64,000 nt of DNA from Eledone cirrhosa (lineage: Eukaryota). The notes beneath the pieces were generated by a model. It was not told where the DNA came from. It saw only the letters and a list, made by a program, of their open reading frames with translations, and searched no databases. Below, in pieces: positions 26,199-42,427 of the stretch (position 1 is the stretch's first letter; each line of letters begins with the position of its first letter). A program made the translations under genes and the position numbers. Location: NCBI GenBank assembly GCA_964016885.1, contig OZ024752.1, positions 992,001 to 1,056,000 of the forward strand, read 5' to 3'.

Positions 26199-26219
26199 TG
26201 TATGTATATATATATATAT

Positions 26220-26405
26220 ATTTATTAAAATAACAGATTAAAGTTTAAGCAAAGAATCGTTGCTTTCACCCTTAACGGGATCTTCTGAAACGTTAAGGGT
26301 GAAAGCAGCGATTCTTTGCTAAAACTTTAATCTGTTATTTTAATAAATATTTGCTCTACGTTTCTAATATATTTGATATATATTTATCCTTATCGAGCCC
26401 TCTTT
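26220..26405. mobile_element. Inverted-repeat pLTR-like element with CAGAAGA-core hammerhead (family D)
   Basis: Arms ~26221-26277 and 26291-26347; minus strand reads TTT-CAGAAGA-TCCC GTTAA GGGT-GAAA-GCA...TGCT-T-AAA; homologs at 48197-48262 and (inverted tail) 53996-54049. Confidence 0.7.
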
Positions 26406-26794
26406 GGATTTTAGTCTTCAAATTTTTATTATTACTATATATATATATATGTATACATGTATATATATATATATATATGTGTGTGTATATATATATATAT
26501 ATGTGTGTATACGTATATGTGTATGTAACTATACATGTAGTTATTAACCGAGAACAAATGATGATGTCACCAACCCATCCAACACCACCAAGAGACCTGA
26601 ACCAGCAAATGGAGGCCCTTTAAAACGTTCTCTACGATAACACCTTCATCTTTTATGACTTATTCAACCAGCATCTAAGGAGGTAGACATGTTTATAACC
26701 ATGAAATCAGTGGAAATGCACAACTACATTAAATTGTAAATACAAACATTCTCACCTTCGATTTTATGTGTTGATTACGCTCTTCATTAGTTTG

Positions 26795-27915
<1,121 letters not shown>

Positions 27916-28509
27916 TATACATAGTAGACACACACATACACCATAGTTGTTATTGAATTCACAACAGAGTTAATAAAATTAAGACACAATTCATCGGTTA
28001 GATATTAATTTTATTCATTTTATTCATCTTCAGTGACTATCCTTACTGAGAGACTATATGAATACCTTGTGTCGATTTGATCGTACAGGAGCTTGTCATG
28101 TCAATGAAGTTACACCTAATGTAAGATATAATACATACATGACCATCCGTAAGACTTTGCAACAAGTAAAATAAAAACTCCATTTGAAATTGGCTAAGAT
28201 CCAATATGGCCTGAGGTATCTTGTCTTCCAATTACTGAACAAAATATAATGGTCAATCTACAGAATAGGAAAAGTAAAGGATATACAAAGAAAGTGGAGA
28301 AATATCGACAGTTACTCAAATACATATACACACATACTCTGTCTTTGTCTCTCATTCTCTCTGTACATACACACACAAATGTATATAAATGCATTTATAC
28401 ATGAAGTTTTATATATATATATGTGTGTGTGTGTGTGTATATTTCTTTATATAAATAAATATATATGTATATTTATGTATATATAAATAAATATATGTAA
28501 TGTATGTAT

Positions 28510-28547
<38 letters not shown>

Positions 28548-29539
28548 TTATTTATATATACAACTATATATATATATATACATACACACACACACATAGA
28601 TAAAGAATGATAGAGAGATAGGGGGAGGGAAATAGATCGATAGAGATAAACGTATATAAATATATTTACAGTGTATGAGAAAAATGAATTATTTTCAAAC
28701 ACGCAAAATGAGTAATGGTTTCCTTTCATATAACACATAAACCCGTAAAACACAAGCATAAAAGAAATAACTAATAAAATGTAATGGTATGTAAAAAATA
28801 AGTAAACAAATGTCTCTAAAGATTATCAAACACTCTAACATATTTTCGTTGACTAATATGCAGAAGAGTTTCAATTATTTTTCTGTTTGCAAACTTGGCA
28901 TCAACATTTTTTTGTTTGTGGTTCGTATTTGTTTTGTTTCTTGTTTGAGAATAACATCAGTTTTGATAGCAATTCCTTTTCTTTTATTATCCTTCATGAA
29001 CGATCTTTAAAAGTATCTTGGCAAAATAAACGTGTTATTACAAATTCATATAATGAAGCTTTATGTTCTTCTAAAAAGGGTTCTTTGGTTAGAGTTTTTA
29101 TATAAATACGTCCTATGGAAAATAAATAAATATGACGGAAATAAATACAATAAATATCTATAATAAATAAAAGAAAAAGGCTGTAAATCTAACTAAATAA
29201 CAAACATACTTCTTATAGAACATACACGTTTACTTACATACTTTAATAATTCAATTGAAAACAAATAAATCAGAAAAAAGTATGTTTTGATATCGAATCA
29301 CTGCCTGTAATGTTTACTGTTTTAGTTTCCTTCTAGACTTGGCAAAGTACTGATACCTACAATTAATAATATATCTACCTACATATAGAATATTTAAAGA
29401 AATAATGAGCACAAACTGTTATAGAGATGGCTGAGACTATAAACTAATGAGGATTGTTTTAATGTTACATAGAGTTTTTGCCACACCTTTGAATATTTTA
29501 ATCACTTTGTTTTTCTATGTTGTTAGTTATAGAAAAATA

Positions 29540-30022
29540 TATTGGATCATTTAGAAGTGTAACCTGTGAAGAAATATCCCTCATCTCAGGGGGGACCTCA
29601 TATCTATTATCTTTCGGTAATAAAATGTAAAGTGAAATATCAGTCTCATGAGTTTCTAGAGTTTAGGGAATATTATTATGAAAACACTTATATTGACATT
29701 GTACGTGTATGGTTCCATCGTAACTAACTATATATATATATATATATGTGTGCTTTTAATAAACATATATTTAGTCTTGTGCAAATAGATTTCGATTTTA
29801 AATTAATGGACTCTCTTTGATTAACGTGACGAAAAATACGTCGCTGATTATAAGATAGAAAATATCCATTGCTTTCACAAAGCTTGCATATAGACAAGGT
29901 CCAACCCTGTTGCATTGGACTATTTAGAAATGTAACCTGCAAAGAATTGTCTCTCATCCCAGAGGAGATCACATACCTCTAATCTTACGGCAATAAAATG
30001 CGAAGTGAAACATCAGTCTCGT
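29540..30022. repeat. Local diverged direct duplication of ~110 bp (29540-29650 and 29914-30022)
   Basis: ATTGGA..ATTTAGAA.TGTAACCTG...AATAAAATG..AAGTGAAA.ATCAGTCTC in both. Confidence 0.75.
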
Positions 30023-30792
30023 GTTAAAAAAATTCATATCATCTCAGACTGTAGTAGTTCTCTCCCTTGTTCGATTTTCTGGACAGGAAATAGCTCAAAG
30101 GGAAATTCAGCCCTGAAATTTTTCCATTCGTTAAATTAATAATGCAAATCTCTATTTATACTCATGCAAAAACACACGCACGCACGCGCGCACGCACGCA
30201 TTTATATTGCAATTTTATGTATATCTTTCCCTTCCAAACTGTCTTTAACTCTCCATCCCTGTGAATCTCCATTTCTCATCTGTCTTACTCCATACATAAA
30301 TCTCATTCTCCCTTTACTTCTATTTTAACCCCCTTTCTCAACTCCCACTGTCTCTCTCCGTCTCATATCTTCGCTATGTCTTGCTAGTTACTTCCTCTTT
30401 CTCTCTTTTCCCCCACTCTGTTTCTTTCTTTCTGTCTGTTTCTCTTTTTCCTCTCTCATAACTTTTCACAGTTTTCCCCTATATATCTGTTAGTAGGATT
30501 GTGCACATGTGTGTATGAATGTATGTACCTCACTTTGTCAGGTACTTGTGCATAAATATACATACACGCGTGTGTGTGTTTGGGTTGTGTGTGCATGTAT
30601 GCGCACGAATGTGTAGATATGTGTACCTTTTGGTCGGTAAGTGTGTTTCTGTGTGGGCTTGTGTAGATATGTGCATTTAGTGGCTTTTGAATTCCTACCT
30701 ACATACATACATACATATATATACACACATATATATATGTGCTTATGCGTGTGAAAGTGTCAATATATATATATCTATGTGTCTACGATTTC

Positions 30793-30823
<31 letters not shown>

Positions 30824-31593
30824 AACACACGCGCTCACACACACACATATATATAGTGTATTTGAGCATGTGTATGTTACCGAGACTGTATGTAAACGTA
30901 CGATTGTTAATCAGTAAAATATTAATGAAAATTATCTAAACTTCAAGTTATTTACATTTAATAAATAACAAACAAAAACGCTCTACATACTGATATTACT
31001 GCAAAAGTAAAGTTAACAGCTTTTGTGTTTCAAAATAGCTTAAACGATACTTCTACGCGGCAATTGTTTTACTCTCCACACACATTCTCAGATCAGGTCA
31101 CATGCCAGATAAGTACAACTCCGTATTGGTATTGCTTTCCTATAATATCTTTGGCAGTCACTGAATATATACCATAAGAACTTACATTATATTTTTGTAT
31201 TAAAAAAAAAATCAAAGAATAATATATTCAAGACTGTTCTTTTCTTACAATTCCTTTGTATATTTTTCTCATTATAAAATGATTCTATAAAATACTTCTG
31301 CAGGCACATTCTAGCTGAGTAATTTTCTTCTAAAAATGGCATCATTTTGAAATCAGTCTATTTCCTATTACCGACAGAACTATCTATCTATCTATCGTTG
31401 ATAGTAGACGTGTGTTACTTCGGCTGCAGCCTTTTTGGATTAGTATTACGTTTTTGACTGTGAGTTTGTGTTTCATTTGTTTTATTTGTGTGACCTAACC
31501 TCCCGCCTGGACTTGCAGACGGGTGGTTATTTTTTTTTACCCCCTTTTGGGGGTAAAAACTACTTTGAAAAATGTGTATACCAACTTACAATA

Positions 31594-32860
31594 ATGGACA
31601 CCATACATGAAAACACCACTGACACGCCCCCCAGGGAAAGTGATAAAGAGTAACAAGTAGCTCAACCTACTGAAGCTTCCCTTCTCTCGCTTTCGCATGC
31701 GAGTATGGAAGTGGATTTGGCGAACAATTGTAAAAACTTGGGTAATAACCCAAACAATGGAAACAGTAAATTGAAAGAATGTATAAATTATACTGACACC
31801 AACAACACCAACACAAATAAAGAAAATAACACAAACACACACAAAATCGAAAACAGCAGAAACAATGACAAAGAAAACAACATAAATGTGAACCCAAAAC
31901 ACGAAAAGATGGGTGAAAACCCAAATAACTGTATCACAAACAAGAACAACCAAAACGCAAACACCCAAGAAAACAAGAACAACAGCAACGAAACACACAA
32001 AAAACCCCCCACTACACGAATATCCTTTGCCCAGGTCGTTAAGGAGACCGAAACTTTCACCCCAGTTGACATCAGTAATGCAGTGGAATTGCTAAAAGAG
32101 GGGGGAAAACAGGTGAGCTTTAGTGAAAACGGTGACTTCACCATAAGCTCCCCTAAGGATATTAAAAGAGACACGGCCCTAAGAACAATTAATTTAGAAC
32201 TATATCAAATGCGTCGAAAAAACCAGCTCAATTATCGCATAGCGAAATTGAACTGGTGTTAAGGACATGATTTTTATTGAGAGAGGGAAGTTATATGGGA
32301 GTCTGATAATTTTGATGAAGGACCAAAAATACTCGGTGTCGCCAATTGTGTCCAAAGAGTACACTTTCTTCCCCACCTACATGGGGAAGAAAACTACAAA
32401 AATAACAATCTCCGGTATACACCCAAATACAAATATGTGGTGGATACTAGGAGGGATACTGGACGACCGAGATGAACTCCTTGATATAGGCAAAGCCACC
32501 AGGGGCCACTTTGGCGGTATAGGCATACAGATTTTGGTTCGAATGAAACCAGAACGTATCGCAAAGATACCCCAAAAAGTGTCCCTGGAAGGCTCCCAAT
32601 TTATGAACATCGCAATTGAGGGTAGGCGGCCCGCTTGCTACATCTGTGGAGGCAGAGGTCACCTGAGGGCTGCTTGTCCTCAACAAACTAAAAAGACCTT
32701 TACTGCCAACACCTCCATATACAACAAAAACACCACTACCTCCACCACCACCACAACAACAACAACAAACACAAGTCAACAAAAAACTGAACACGGACCC
32801 ACCCAACCCCTACACACCCAAAACAACTCCAAAAACACAATCACCACCACCACCACCACT
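31594..32860 (+). pseudogene. LINE ORF1/gag-like protein with CCHC zinc knuckle (disrupted)
   Basis: Asn-rich N terminus, ISFAQVVK, KITISGI (RRM-like), CYICGGRGHLRAAC (CX2CX4HX4C); stops at 31651 and 32260. Confidence 0.7.
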
Positions 32861-33575
32861 CCACTACTGGCTGGGGTACTCCAAGGAGATACATTGGCTC
32901 TCTACCTTTTTATCATCGTAGTGGACTATTGTATGCGCCTTGCACTGGAGAAACACCAGGACTCTGGCTTTACTGTAGCACCGGCTCAGAGCAGGAGAGT
33001 TAAGGCGAAAAAGATATCACATGATGAATTTGCCGACGACATGGTTTTGGTGACAAATACAGTGAAGGAGGCAGAGGATTTGATGCAGGAGGTTGAGACT
33101 GTGTCGATGAGTGTGGGGCTGAGAATGAATGAGACTAAAACAAAATATCTGGTAGAGAATGTTGAGAAGCCAGAGGGGACCACTAATGTGGGCGGGAAAC
33201 CGCTAAAATTGGTTGAGGACTTCCTGTATTTGGGAGCAAAGATTGGGAATACGGAAGATGATGTGGTTGAGAGGAAGAGCAAAGCCTGGGCGGCGTGCCA
33301 CAGCTTGAGATCGGACCTGAAAATCCGCCTCTTCATTGCTGTAGTGGAGTCTGTGCTGCTGTACGGGTCTGAGACTTGGACACTGACCAAGAAACTCATT
33401 CAGATGGTGGATGGGTGCTACACGAGAATGCTGAGGATGGCTCTGAACATTAATTAGTATACACTGAGGATGAAAAACTCAGAGCTGTATGGGAGCTTCT
33501 CAAAAGTCAGCTCAAAAGTGACACAGAGGAGACTGAGGTTAGCTGGACATGCTCACCGACATCCAGAGTTGACAT
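32861..33575 (+). pseudogene. 5'-truncated RTE-superfamily reverse transcriptase fragment
   Basis: AGVLQGDTLA.YLFIIVVDY, FADD, GLRMNETKTK, FLYLGA, VESVLLYGSETWTLT, then RRLRLAGH..RHPE after a stop. Confidence 0.85.
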
Positions 33576-33580
33576 ATATA

Positions 33581-33620
<40 letters not shown>

Positions 33621-33736
33621 TATATATTACTCCGGAGTAACCAAACCAACCTGCGCACTTCGTCGTGTGCTCCAATCTGCATACTGAGGTGTTGGTATAC
33701 AACCAACATATACTCAAATTTTTTATATATATATGC

Positions 33737-34011
<275 letters not shown>

Positions 34012-34017
34012 TATATA

Positions 34018-34089
<72 letters not shown>

Positions 34090-34959
34090 CAAATACGCAT
34101 ATATATATTTATATATATATATATATTTGATACATCTAGACAGATTTACATTTAAGATGATTTAACAATAATGCTTACAGAGGGGGGTGATTTGGTGCGA
34201 CAGATATAGCGAAATAATACACACACACACATGCACACACACGCACACACATATATCGATATATATGTGTGTATGTATGTATTTTTCCTGTACATCTGTC
34301 CTACCAAATCATCCCCCACTGTAAGCATTATTATTAAATCATCATATCACATAAGATATTTTATCACAATAAAAAAATATCATCATGTAGCTGAACAATT
34401 GAATAGTTGTCACTATTTACGTTGTTAATATTAATCTTGGTTTTCCTTTGTCAGATTCATCATTTGTTTTTAAGACATCCAAGCAAAGTGTGCTACATTA
34501 TACTATAAAGGAAACCAGATTTTTACATATTTATTTTTTATTATCCAGAGGAGGATATATCTAAACTAAACCTGTACATTACTATTATAAAATACATTAT
34601 TGAATATATTTTGATTCATGATATGTATTTGAGAATGTGTTTAGCCTGAATACATGGACACAGATTTACATTTATATATCGGAAAGCATTTCAACTGTTA
34701 AACAGAAACACAATAACTTGAGGCAAACGTTTGTATTAGAAAGTATGTAGGCAATTTCATATATGGCGATGTATTATTGGTGTTTATTTTATCCAGCCCA
34801 GATGGAAAATTTGACAAATTCAACTCAAGTCAAATTTAACAATACAAGTTTAGAAGACACAACGCTGTTTTTTATGCAGTAGTATATATATATATATATA
34901 ACATTTAATATATTCCAGTATTTTGTTATTTTCATTACTTACAAACATCTTCAAATTTG

Positions 34960-35232
34960 CAAACGTCAAATTCACTGCTTTGCAGTATTCGTTTTGGCTC
35001 TCTAAGCTCTAAGTTCAAATCACACCGATGTCAACTTTGTTGTTTATACTTTCGAAATCGATAAAAAGTATCAGCTCAGTACAGGGATTGATCTCTTTCT
35101 CTATAACTGTTTCTCATTTTCTCTCCTTCTCTGGAAGAAATCAGCTGTATTCAAACTTGGAGAGCAGATGGACTCTGCCAGGTTTAAATGTCCAATACAG
35201 TGTCCCTACAACTCCAACATGAGTTACGGGTC
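34960..35232 (+). mobile_element. SINE variant with alternative 3' tail
   Basis: AAGTTCAAATC...GTCAACTTTG...TCGATAAAAAGTATCAG, then tail shared with 14515 and 42730 copies. Confidence 0.6.
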
Positions 35233-35609
35233 CCTGCAGACATACATATATGGTGACTTTTTCATCTTCACAGATGATTGTAGTCTCCTTGTGTATTCGT
35301 TGCGTATAGTTGGTCTTCGTTTGATTCTAATTGAATTAAACGAAAGACCAACTGCACGCAACGCCCCCAGTCCAGGTGGGTATGTAGGCAATTTCATTGT
35401 ATTTACTTCAGTTTCTACTAATAGAATATTAAAAACAAAATACATTGTTTGACTGTGTCTCTTTCCTTTATGATGGTTTTTCAGAATAGAACAAAATATA
35501 TATTCGACGCATTGGGGATTTCCCAGTCAGTAAATATATAGTAAAAAACAGTAAATATATAGTAAAAAATGTATTAAGAAAGAGCAGTAATATTATATCT
35601 TTTGCACTA

Positions 35610-36760
35610 GTTATTACTGCTTGGTTTGTTTGGATGTTGAAGTATACAAAGAACTGGTTAATTTGATAACGTTAGTTGAGTCTGGCACAGGAGCAGAAAT
35701 ATGTAAGGCAATAGTTAAAGAATTCTCTAATCGACAGATTATCTTTTGAAATATACTTTCCTTTAAAACGATGGTGCACTCTGCTTATCATATAAAGAAG
35801 TAAATTTTAGAAATTTGTTTGCAAAATATTCTGTAGATCCACTGGTAGCCTATTAAAGTATTATATACGTAGACATTTTGTAGGAAAAAGTTCTAAAAAA
35901 AATTGAAGGTGTGATTAAATTTGTAACCACACAACATAAGTTTTTGTCTATGTGCTTTGAAAAAATTATAAATTTCACAATTTATTGAGCGAAATGAAAT
36001 TGGTTTATACATGATTATTTATATGCTATATTGTTCACTGGCTTCGAGTATTTGGATGCAATTATTCTGTTTGACAAACGAAATTCTTGTCAAGCATTAT
36101 TAGCTGTTGTGTGGATTTGAAGATTAACGTTTGTATACACAAGTTTCTTCACATTTAAATGGCTTGAAGACCAATTTGCAAGAATCTGTCAAAATATATG
36201 ATACTATGTTCTCTAACATAAAAGCCTATAGAATAAAACTAGAAATGTCTTAACGAAATGTTGACAATAACACTTTTAAATATTTCCCCAAATTTTCTAA
36301 AAGCAGATGACTGATTTAAACAAATATTCAGAGCGTTCAGAAACAATTATCTGACATTACAGAATAATTTTCTCTAAGATTTACTAAGTTCAAGTAATTC
36401 GGAGAAACTGCAAAATTCATCAGCGATATAGATAGTATAACGTTAGATAAGTTGGATTTGGAAGCGTTGCTGTTGATTGATTTGGATGACTCTAAAATGC
36501 AACTATCATCCGATTTACAAACTAGCTCAATTTTAGACCAGAAACCTGAATTAGAAAAAATTAAAATATATCTGTTAGCGACAGAAATAATACAGGAGGA
36601 TGACGAAAACGTTTCCTAATCTGATAAATCTTGCAGCAGCAATATTAACAGTTTTTCATGAATTTACTCCTGGGAATCATTGTTTTCAGTAATGGACTTT
36701 TTCAATCTAATCTATATGAGTGGCCTTACTCATAAAAGCAGTACTGTAGGTAAATCTAAA
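35610..36760 (+). pseudogene. Highly decayed hAT (Charlie/SPIN-like) transposase
   Basis: Fragments EVYKELVNLITLVESGTGAEICKAIV, a DGA motif at ~35770, VHWL at ~36033 and AAILTVF..YSWESLFSVM (hAT dimerisation STY.CE..FS.M). Confidence 0.55.
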
Positions 36761-36894
36761 AAAACAACCTATTACAATCTTGATATATGAATTATGTCAC
36801 AGCAGCAAAAGTCTCACTGAGAGTAAACTATATATTTCCTCCCCTTAACTTTTTTGTTTTATAATTGTTCACTTTTTTGCTACTTATTATTACG

Positions 36895-37290
36895 GCACAG
36901 TTCAAATTCCACCGAGGCTAGCTTTGCTTTTCTTCCTTACGAAGTCGATGAAATAAAGTACCAGCAAAGTACCAGTACTTTACTGGTACTTTATTTACTT
37001 GATTTAATCGACGTCCCCTTACCCCAACATTGTTGGCCTTGCTCCTAAATCAGAAATCATTATTAAGGTAAAATGTGAGGGTGGTGGAATAGCTGAATCA
37101 TTAGAACGTCGGACAAAATACTTTGCGGCGTTTAGTCACGGTCCTTTAAATTGTGAGTTCATATCCCACCGAGATTAACTCTGCCTTTCATCCTTTGTGA
37201 ATTGACTAAAATACCAATCAGGTATCGGAGTCGACATAATCGACTTTCCCCTCACCCCAAATTATTGGCCTTATTGCAAAATTAGAGACA
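36895..37290 (+). mobile_element. Two tandem Deu/Nin SINE copies
   Basis: GTTCAAATTCCACCGAGG...AAGTACCAG, then GAGTTCATATCCCACCGAG...CCTTTCATCCTTT. Confidence 0.75.
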
Positions 37291-40200
37291 ACCAATATAA
37301 TTAATAAATGATGTTTTTCAATTGTCTTGTTTAAAGACATTGATATTAATTACTTGTATGTTGCTCATAAAGTGATGTACTATTTTGAAATTGATATTTT
37401 TCAATTGTCTTTTTCAAACCATTGATATTAATAATTGTTTTAATATATTTTTACAACACATTCATTTATTTATATTTCTTTGTTATATGTTTGTTAACAG
37501 GAACGCAATAAATACATTAAAAGGGTGACTTCTTTTTTTCTGAAAACAAGAAGTGCTTTATTACTGTATTTATTCATTCATTTTAGGTTTTGGAAATCGC
37601 TTGCATACAAAATATATAATTCATAAATATGACCCCTTCAATTAATTCAACAGTTCTTTATTGTCTAACCTGACTGTTTTAAGTATGCTTTGAGTCAATT
37701 TGTTCTGTTTCTATATTTCATAAATTGTAAAATAGAAATTTATGCATAACCCTCGACCTCCGGCCTGTTGTTTATACAGCAGAACAATAGGGTGTAGAAA
37801 CATTTGAATATTGTTAATATCTCAGTTATAATACTATCTTTAGGTATTCTTAAATTCAGGCCTTATGGAAAATTTAATGAGGAATTTCAACACATCTATA
37901 TAAATTATAGCCTTGTCCCAATAGTCCTTCGAAGCATCAGAATATGTATATACCCTCGTACAAACATTCTCATAAATGTGCTATTCATTATTTCAATGAA
38001 GATGTTCATGTAGTGATAATATAAAGTCAGGTATACAACTTCGTAAACAATAGCTACGTCTCTCTATGCTGTTTGTTTTAAATGCAGTTAAATATGAGGT
38101 TTGAAACGTCATCTCAGACCGAAATAAAAGTGGTGTTATTACGAAACAATTTTTAATCCGTATTATATCTATTGTTCTGATGCAGTCAGTTATTTGTTTT
38201 GTCAGATAAATGTGAAACAGTATAAAAGGTCGTTGGAAAAGAGAAAATGTTCCAAAATTCTAATAATTCAGGAAATAAAGGTCAATGTTCGTAATATTTG
38301 CAGGCTTTCTCAATCTAAAGAAATTGAAATTGTTTTTGACTAGCCTGAACATCCGTAGGTTAATGCCATCGAAACATCATCTTGATCGGGTAGGGAACCA
38401 GATAATCCGGTTTTAATGCTTGCATTAAAGTGACCTGTGGTAAGTTAGTTTTATAGCAAACAAGATATTTGAGAGTAACATTGTAGACGGAATTGAGAAT
38501 TATTTGTGAGGGTTGTCTAAATGGCATACACATACCAAATAATAAGATGTATGCTTTATATTCATGTAGTGTACATACTCTCACTCTACACATTTATAAA
38601 CACCATAGAATTCTTATTATATTATAAATATAATCCATTAAATTCTGATCATGTTAGGATAATGCTTAATGTAGCTGTTCGTTTATCACATGACTTATGA
38701 TATAGTCATTCTGACATCAGTACCAATATTCTATATAAATTCTTTAAATAATATTACGTAATTTGAAAGAAGTTTATGTGTTGAATTTCATGTTCGTTTT
38801 CGTCGTTGATATAAAATGAAACAAAACATTTGAAGCAGTAGAATGTCGACGCCAATTCTATATAAGTATTTATCCAACTCCCTTTGATGTGCTTGCCTAT
38901 AGGGCACAAATTGTGCGGAAAATATTCCATGTATCTACGTGAAACTTTGATGACTCTGAATTCTGTTCACTGAAATATATAATGGAATCTTTGTTATATT
39001 TCCAATTGATATTTATTTACCCATAATAAAATATAATGTTCATACCTAATCTATTCAAATGATATTAGTTATTAATGATCTTCCATTAGAAAAATTAATC
39101 TAGTTTACGAAATAAAATTATCTCTACGCAGAAAATTTTGTTTAGTGAAACCTTATTATCTACACATACACTTTATTTCTTTTTATTATTGGTTTCAAAT
39201 TAAAACGCATCTTTTGATGAAAATTAATTCAAAATAAATATGATATTTTCAAATCTCTCTAATTTATAGAAAGAAAATTGAATTATTCTAAAAATATTGG
39301 CAGGTCTATTGCTGTATGCATTATAAAACATTGTGAGATAAAATAAATTAAATCATGCCATATGATGATATATAAATGCGCTAATATACGATGGTGCTCT
39401 AAAATTAATTGAACACAGCTACTCATAAGATGAAAGAAAACCCTTATGAAATTATTTTAAATGTACAATAATATCATGCTGATTGTTTGATATGTCCTGA
39501 ATATCTTTGCAATCAGTTGTCTATGGTTATCCGCCACTAATACATGTTATTGAGGAGATATTGGAATAATTTGGATAGTCAAAAACAAAATTTTTTACTG
39601 ATCCTTGATGACGTTTTATTAAAGGAAGATTATATTTAAATCAACTTCAGTATATTTTGTGGTTTATGTTACTGATGCTTGAAGCAGAAAAAGATAAAAT
39701 AAACTCTGGCAAAAGTTTAAATTACGATGTAGTGAGATGAAACGAAATTAACTGCATGACATTTAATTCAACGATTTACAATTTCTGGTATATCACCACT
39801 ATTAACTTAACTATCATATCAAAATGAGGAGACGTTTAGATTAATTTCAGAACCTTCCGATTAATTTTCATCAATTCAACCCACGATTTACATAATTCGG
39901 ACACTTTAATTTAAATTACCCTTTAAAAGTTTCACGAAACTTTCGGAAGCAATACTGATTTTTTTTCATGTCTTCGGAATATTCTCTGATTTTTGCTCAT
40001 TTATCGATTACTTAAACTATCATTCCAAGCCACATACTTAGGCACTAGACATGTTCCAAAATGTAAAAATAGAAAAACACGAAACTTTGCTTTCATCAGT
40101 GAAAGGATAAAAGGAAAAGCTTCCCGCTGTGTTCAAATTTGACTTTCATCCTTCCGAGGTTGATAAAATGCAGAACCAGTCGAACACTAAAATCGATATA

Positions 40201-42291
40201 ATCGATTATATTCAATCACCACATTTGAGATCTTATTTGAAATCAATAAACTAAATGAATTCTCCAAGAAAGAGTTACTAATTCACATCACGATTGGTAG
40301 TGAGACTTAGACAATTACAGCGTTCTAAGACAAGCTGGGGACTTCCAATATTAATTCTAGTAATAGTTTGAAAAATTTGTAGGAGATTGTTCACTTGCAA
40401 GATATTCTGAATGTTAACTATATTTAGTCTGGTAGAAACTATTTGATAATTATCCGTTTGTTTCCAACACTTTCGCCACTACCTAGATATTTGTATTACT
40501 CAATATGTGCATAAAGGTGGGGATAAATAAACATACACTCATATGTCTGGATGTACAGCGAGGTGTATATAGGTCACTTCTTTATATGTATATTGCAGTG
40601 GGTATATGAGCCCTGCATAATCAGGTTTCCAAACGTAATTCTGCATGCATGATTCATAGCCATATTTCGTAGCTAAATATGAAACAATTAAATAAGCTGA
40701 ATATCAAAACGGTGAGAGAAGCATAAAAGAGTGAGACAGCTTTTTATAGATTGTACAACACGTGAGCCGACCATAGACAATTCTTAAATCTGACGTCACT
40801 CTCATAACGAATACAATATTGAATCAGTTTTACAATACTGATTGCTAATGTTTCTAATGTACAATATGATATCCTATCTCAGATCTTGGATATATCTTAC
40901 TTAACTCTCATATGCTTTGATAGAAGTTTCAGTATCAGAATATTACGAATCCTTTCCTGTAGTTTCCAAGGCTGTTAGAAGTGTACGTAGACTGGATAAC
41001 ATCAGTATCGATCCGTAGTCTTGATCTGTGGAGATTGTAATTATTGATCTATGATACCAATCACTGTTTGTAGAACATTACTGATACAATATAGAAAGTA
41101 TTTGAAGCTGGAAACGATGGAATATTAGTGAATACCTTCTGATTAGTCCCTGCAGTGTATCCAGATAATGAAAGAGTTTCTGTGAAGTCGGTTAAATAGA
41201 CTTCAATTAACCAAACACGATTGTCTCACATCAGGACGAAAGTATCTTTCATGAGACTGAAGAACCTAATACTTGTATGCTTTATATGATTAGTTCAGTT
41301 ACACTAATATTAAGGTGCATATATGCATTGATATTGGAAACATTAACATTGTGAAATCTCAGTAGAATCTAGACGATAATTGTCTAGATTGTTATTGTAC
41401 TTTTGTAGGTATGATGTTTGTAATCTTCATTCAGGAACAAAAAAAAATGTTTGTTTGGTTTGCTCTCACCATTTAGTAGATATCGTCTCTTTTCTTACGA
41501 CTGCAAACGTTTAAAAACAGATTTACAGATAGATACAGCTATCCCATTTCATTCATCAATTTTACGCAGTCAATGTAAAACGAAATAAACGCTTTTATAG
41601 GAAAATACTATAAAACACATGAAGTTGATTTAATCTCAGCAACTAAATCTCATTTGAAATTCTAATTAACTATTAGTTGTTTATAAACAGTAGGATGTTT
41701 TAGTAAATACTATAGGGTAGAATGTTTAAACATCACTTAAAACTGGAATATATCAACATTCAGTCAGTATTATTATAGTGATATAAAGTCTTTAAGTACT
41801 TAATTACTGCAAGTAAATATTCATCAAGAAGGAATAAATTTATAGAGACCAACTGAACAAAGATGGAATATATAACAAACAAACTATTTGTAAATAAGTA
41901 AGAGAAAAAACAACGAAATGATTTCAGTAAACTGTAGAAGTATATAAGTTTCAATCTACTTTACGCACATATGTAAATTATTTGCTGATACTTTTCTGAG
42001 TATGTTTAAACAACTTTAACGAATGTATTTCCTGTTGCTACAATGTTGCTTGGAGTTATTTTGTATGCAAATGTAGTTAATTTAATCTAGTTAATGTCTT
42101 TATTCGACAAAATACCAAATTTATGGTTACTCAATGACTACTGAGGCTTCCTTTCATGTAGATTTATCCAACCCAGCTTAAAATTAGATTAGGAATGGAT
42201 TGATAAAAATGAATGGAAAATTACCATGTCTTATTTTGAGACAAAGAAAACTGCATCTGAATTCCCTGTTATCAGCATCAGATGATTCGTG

Positions 42292-42427
42292 GATTTAGTT
42301 TGCTATATAATATATGAAAGAATTAGATTTAGTTTGGTATATAATATATGAAAGAATTGGATTTAGTTTGGTATATAATATATGAAAGAATTGGATTTAG
42401 TTTGGTATATAATATATGAAAGAATTG
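42292..42427. repeat. 34-bp minisatellite x4
   Basis: GATTTAGTTTGGTATATAATATATGAAAGAATTG, four near-identical head-to-tail copies. Confidence 0.95.

Noticed and set aside
38344-38440. Possible exon ending in G|GTAAGT
   Set aside because: Stops in all three frames; cannot be supported as coding
42292-42427. CRISPR-like 34-bp repeats
   Set aside because: No spacers, no cas genes, eukaryotic context; simple minisatellite
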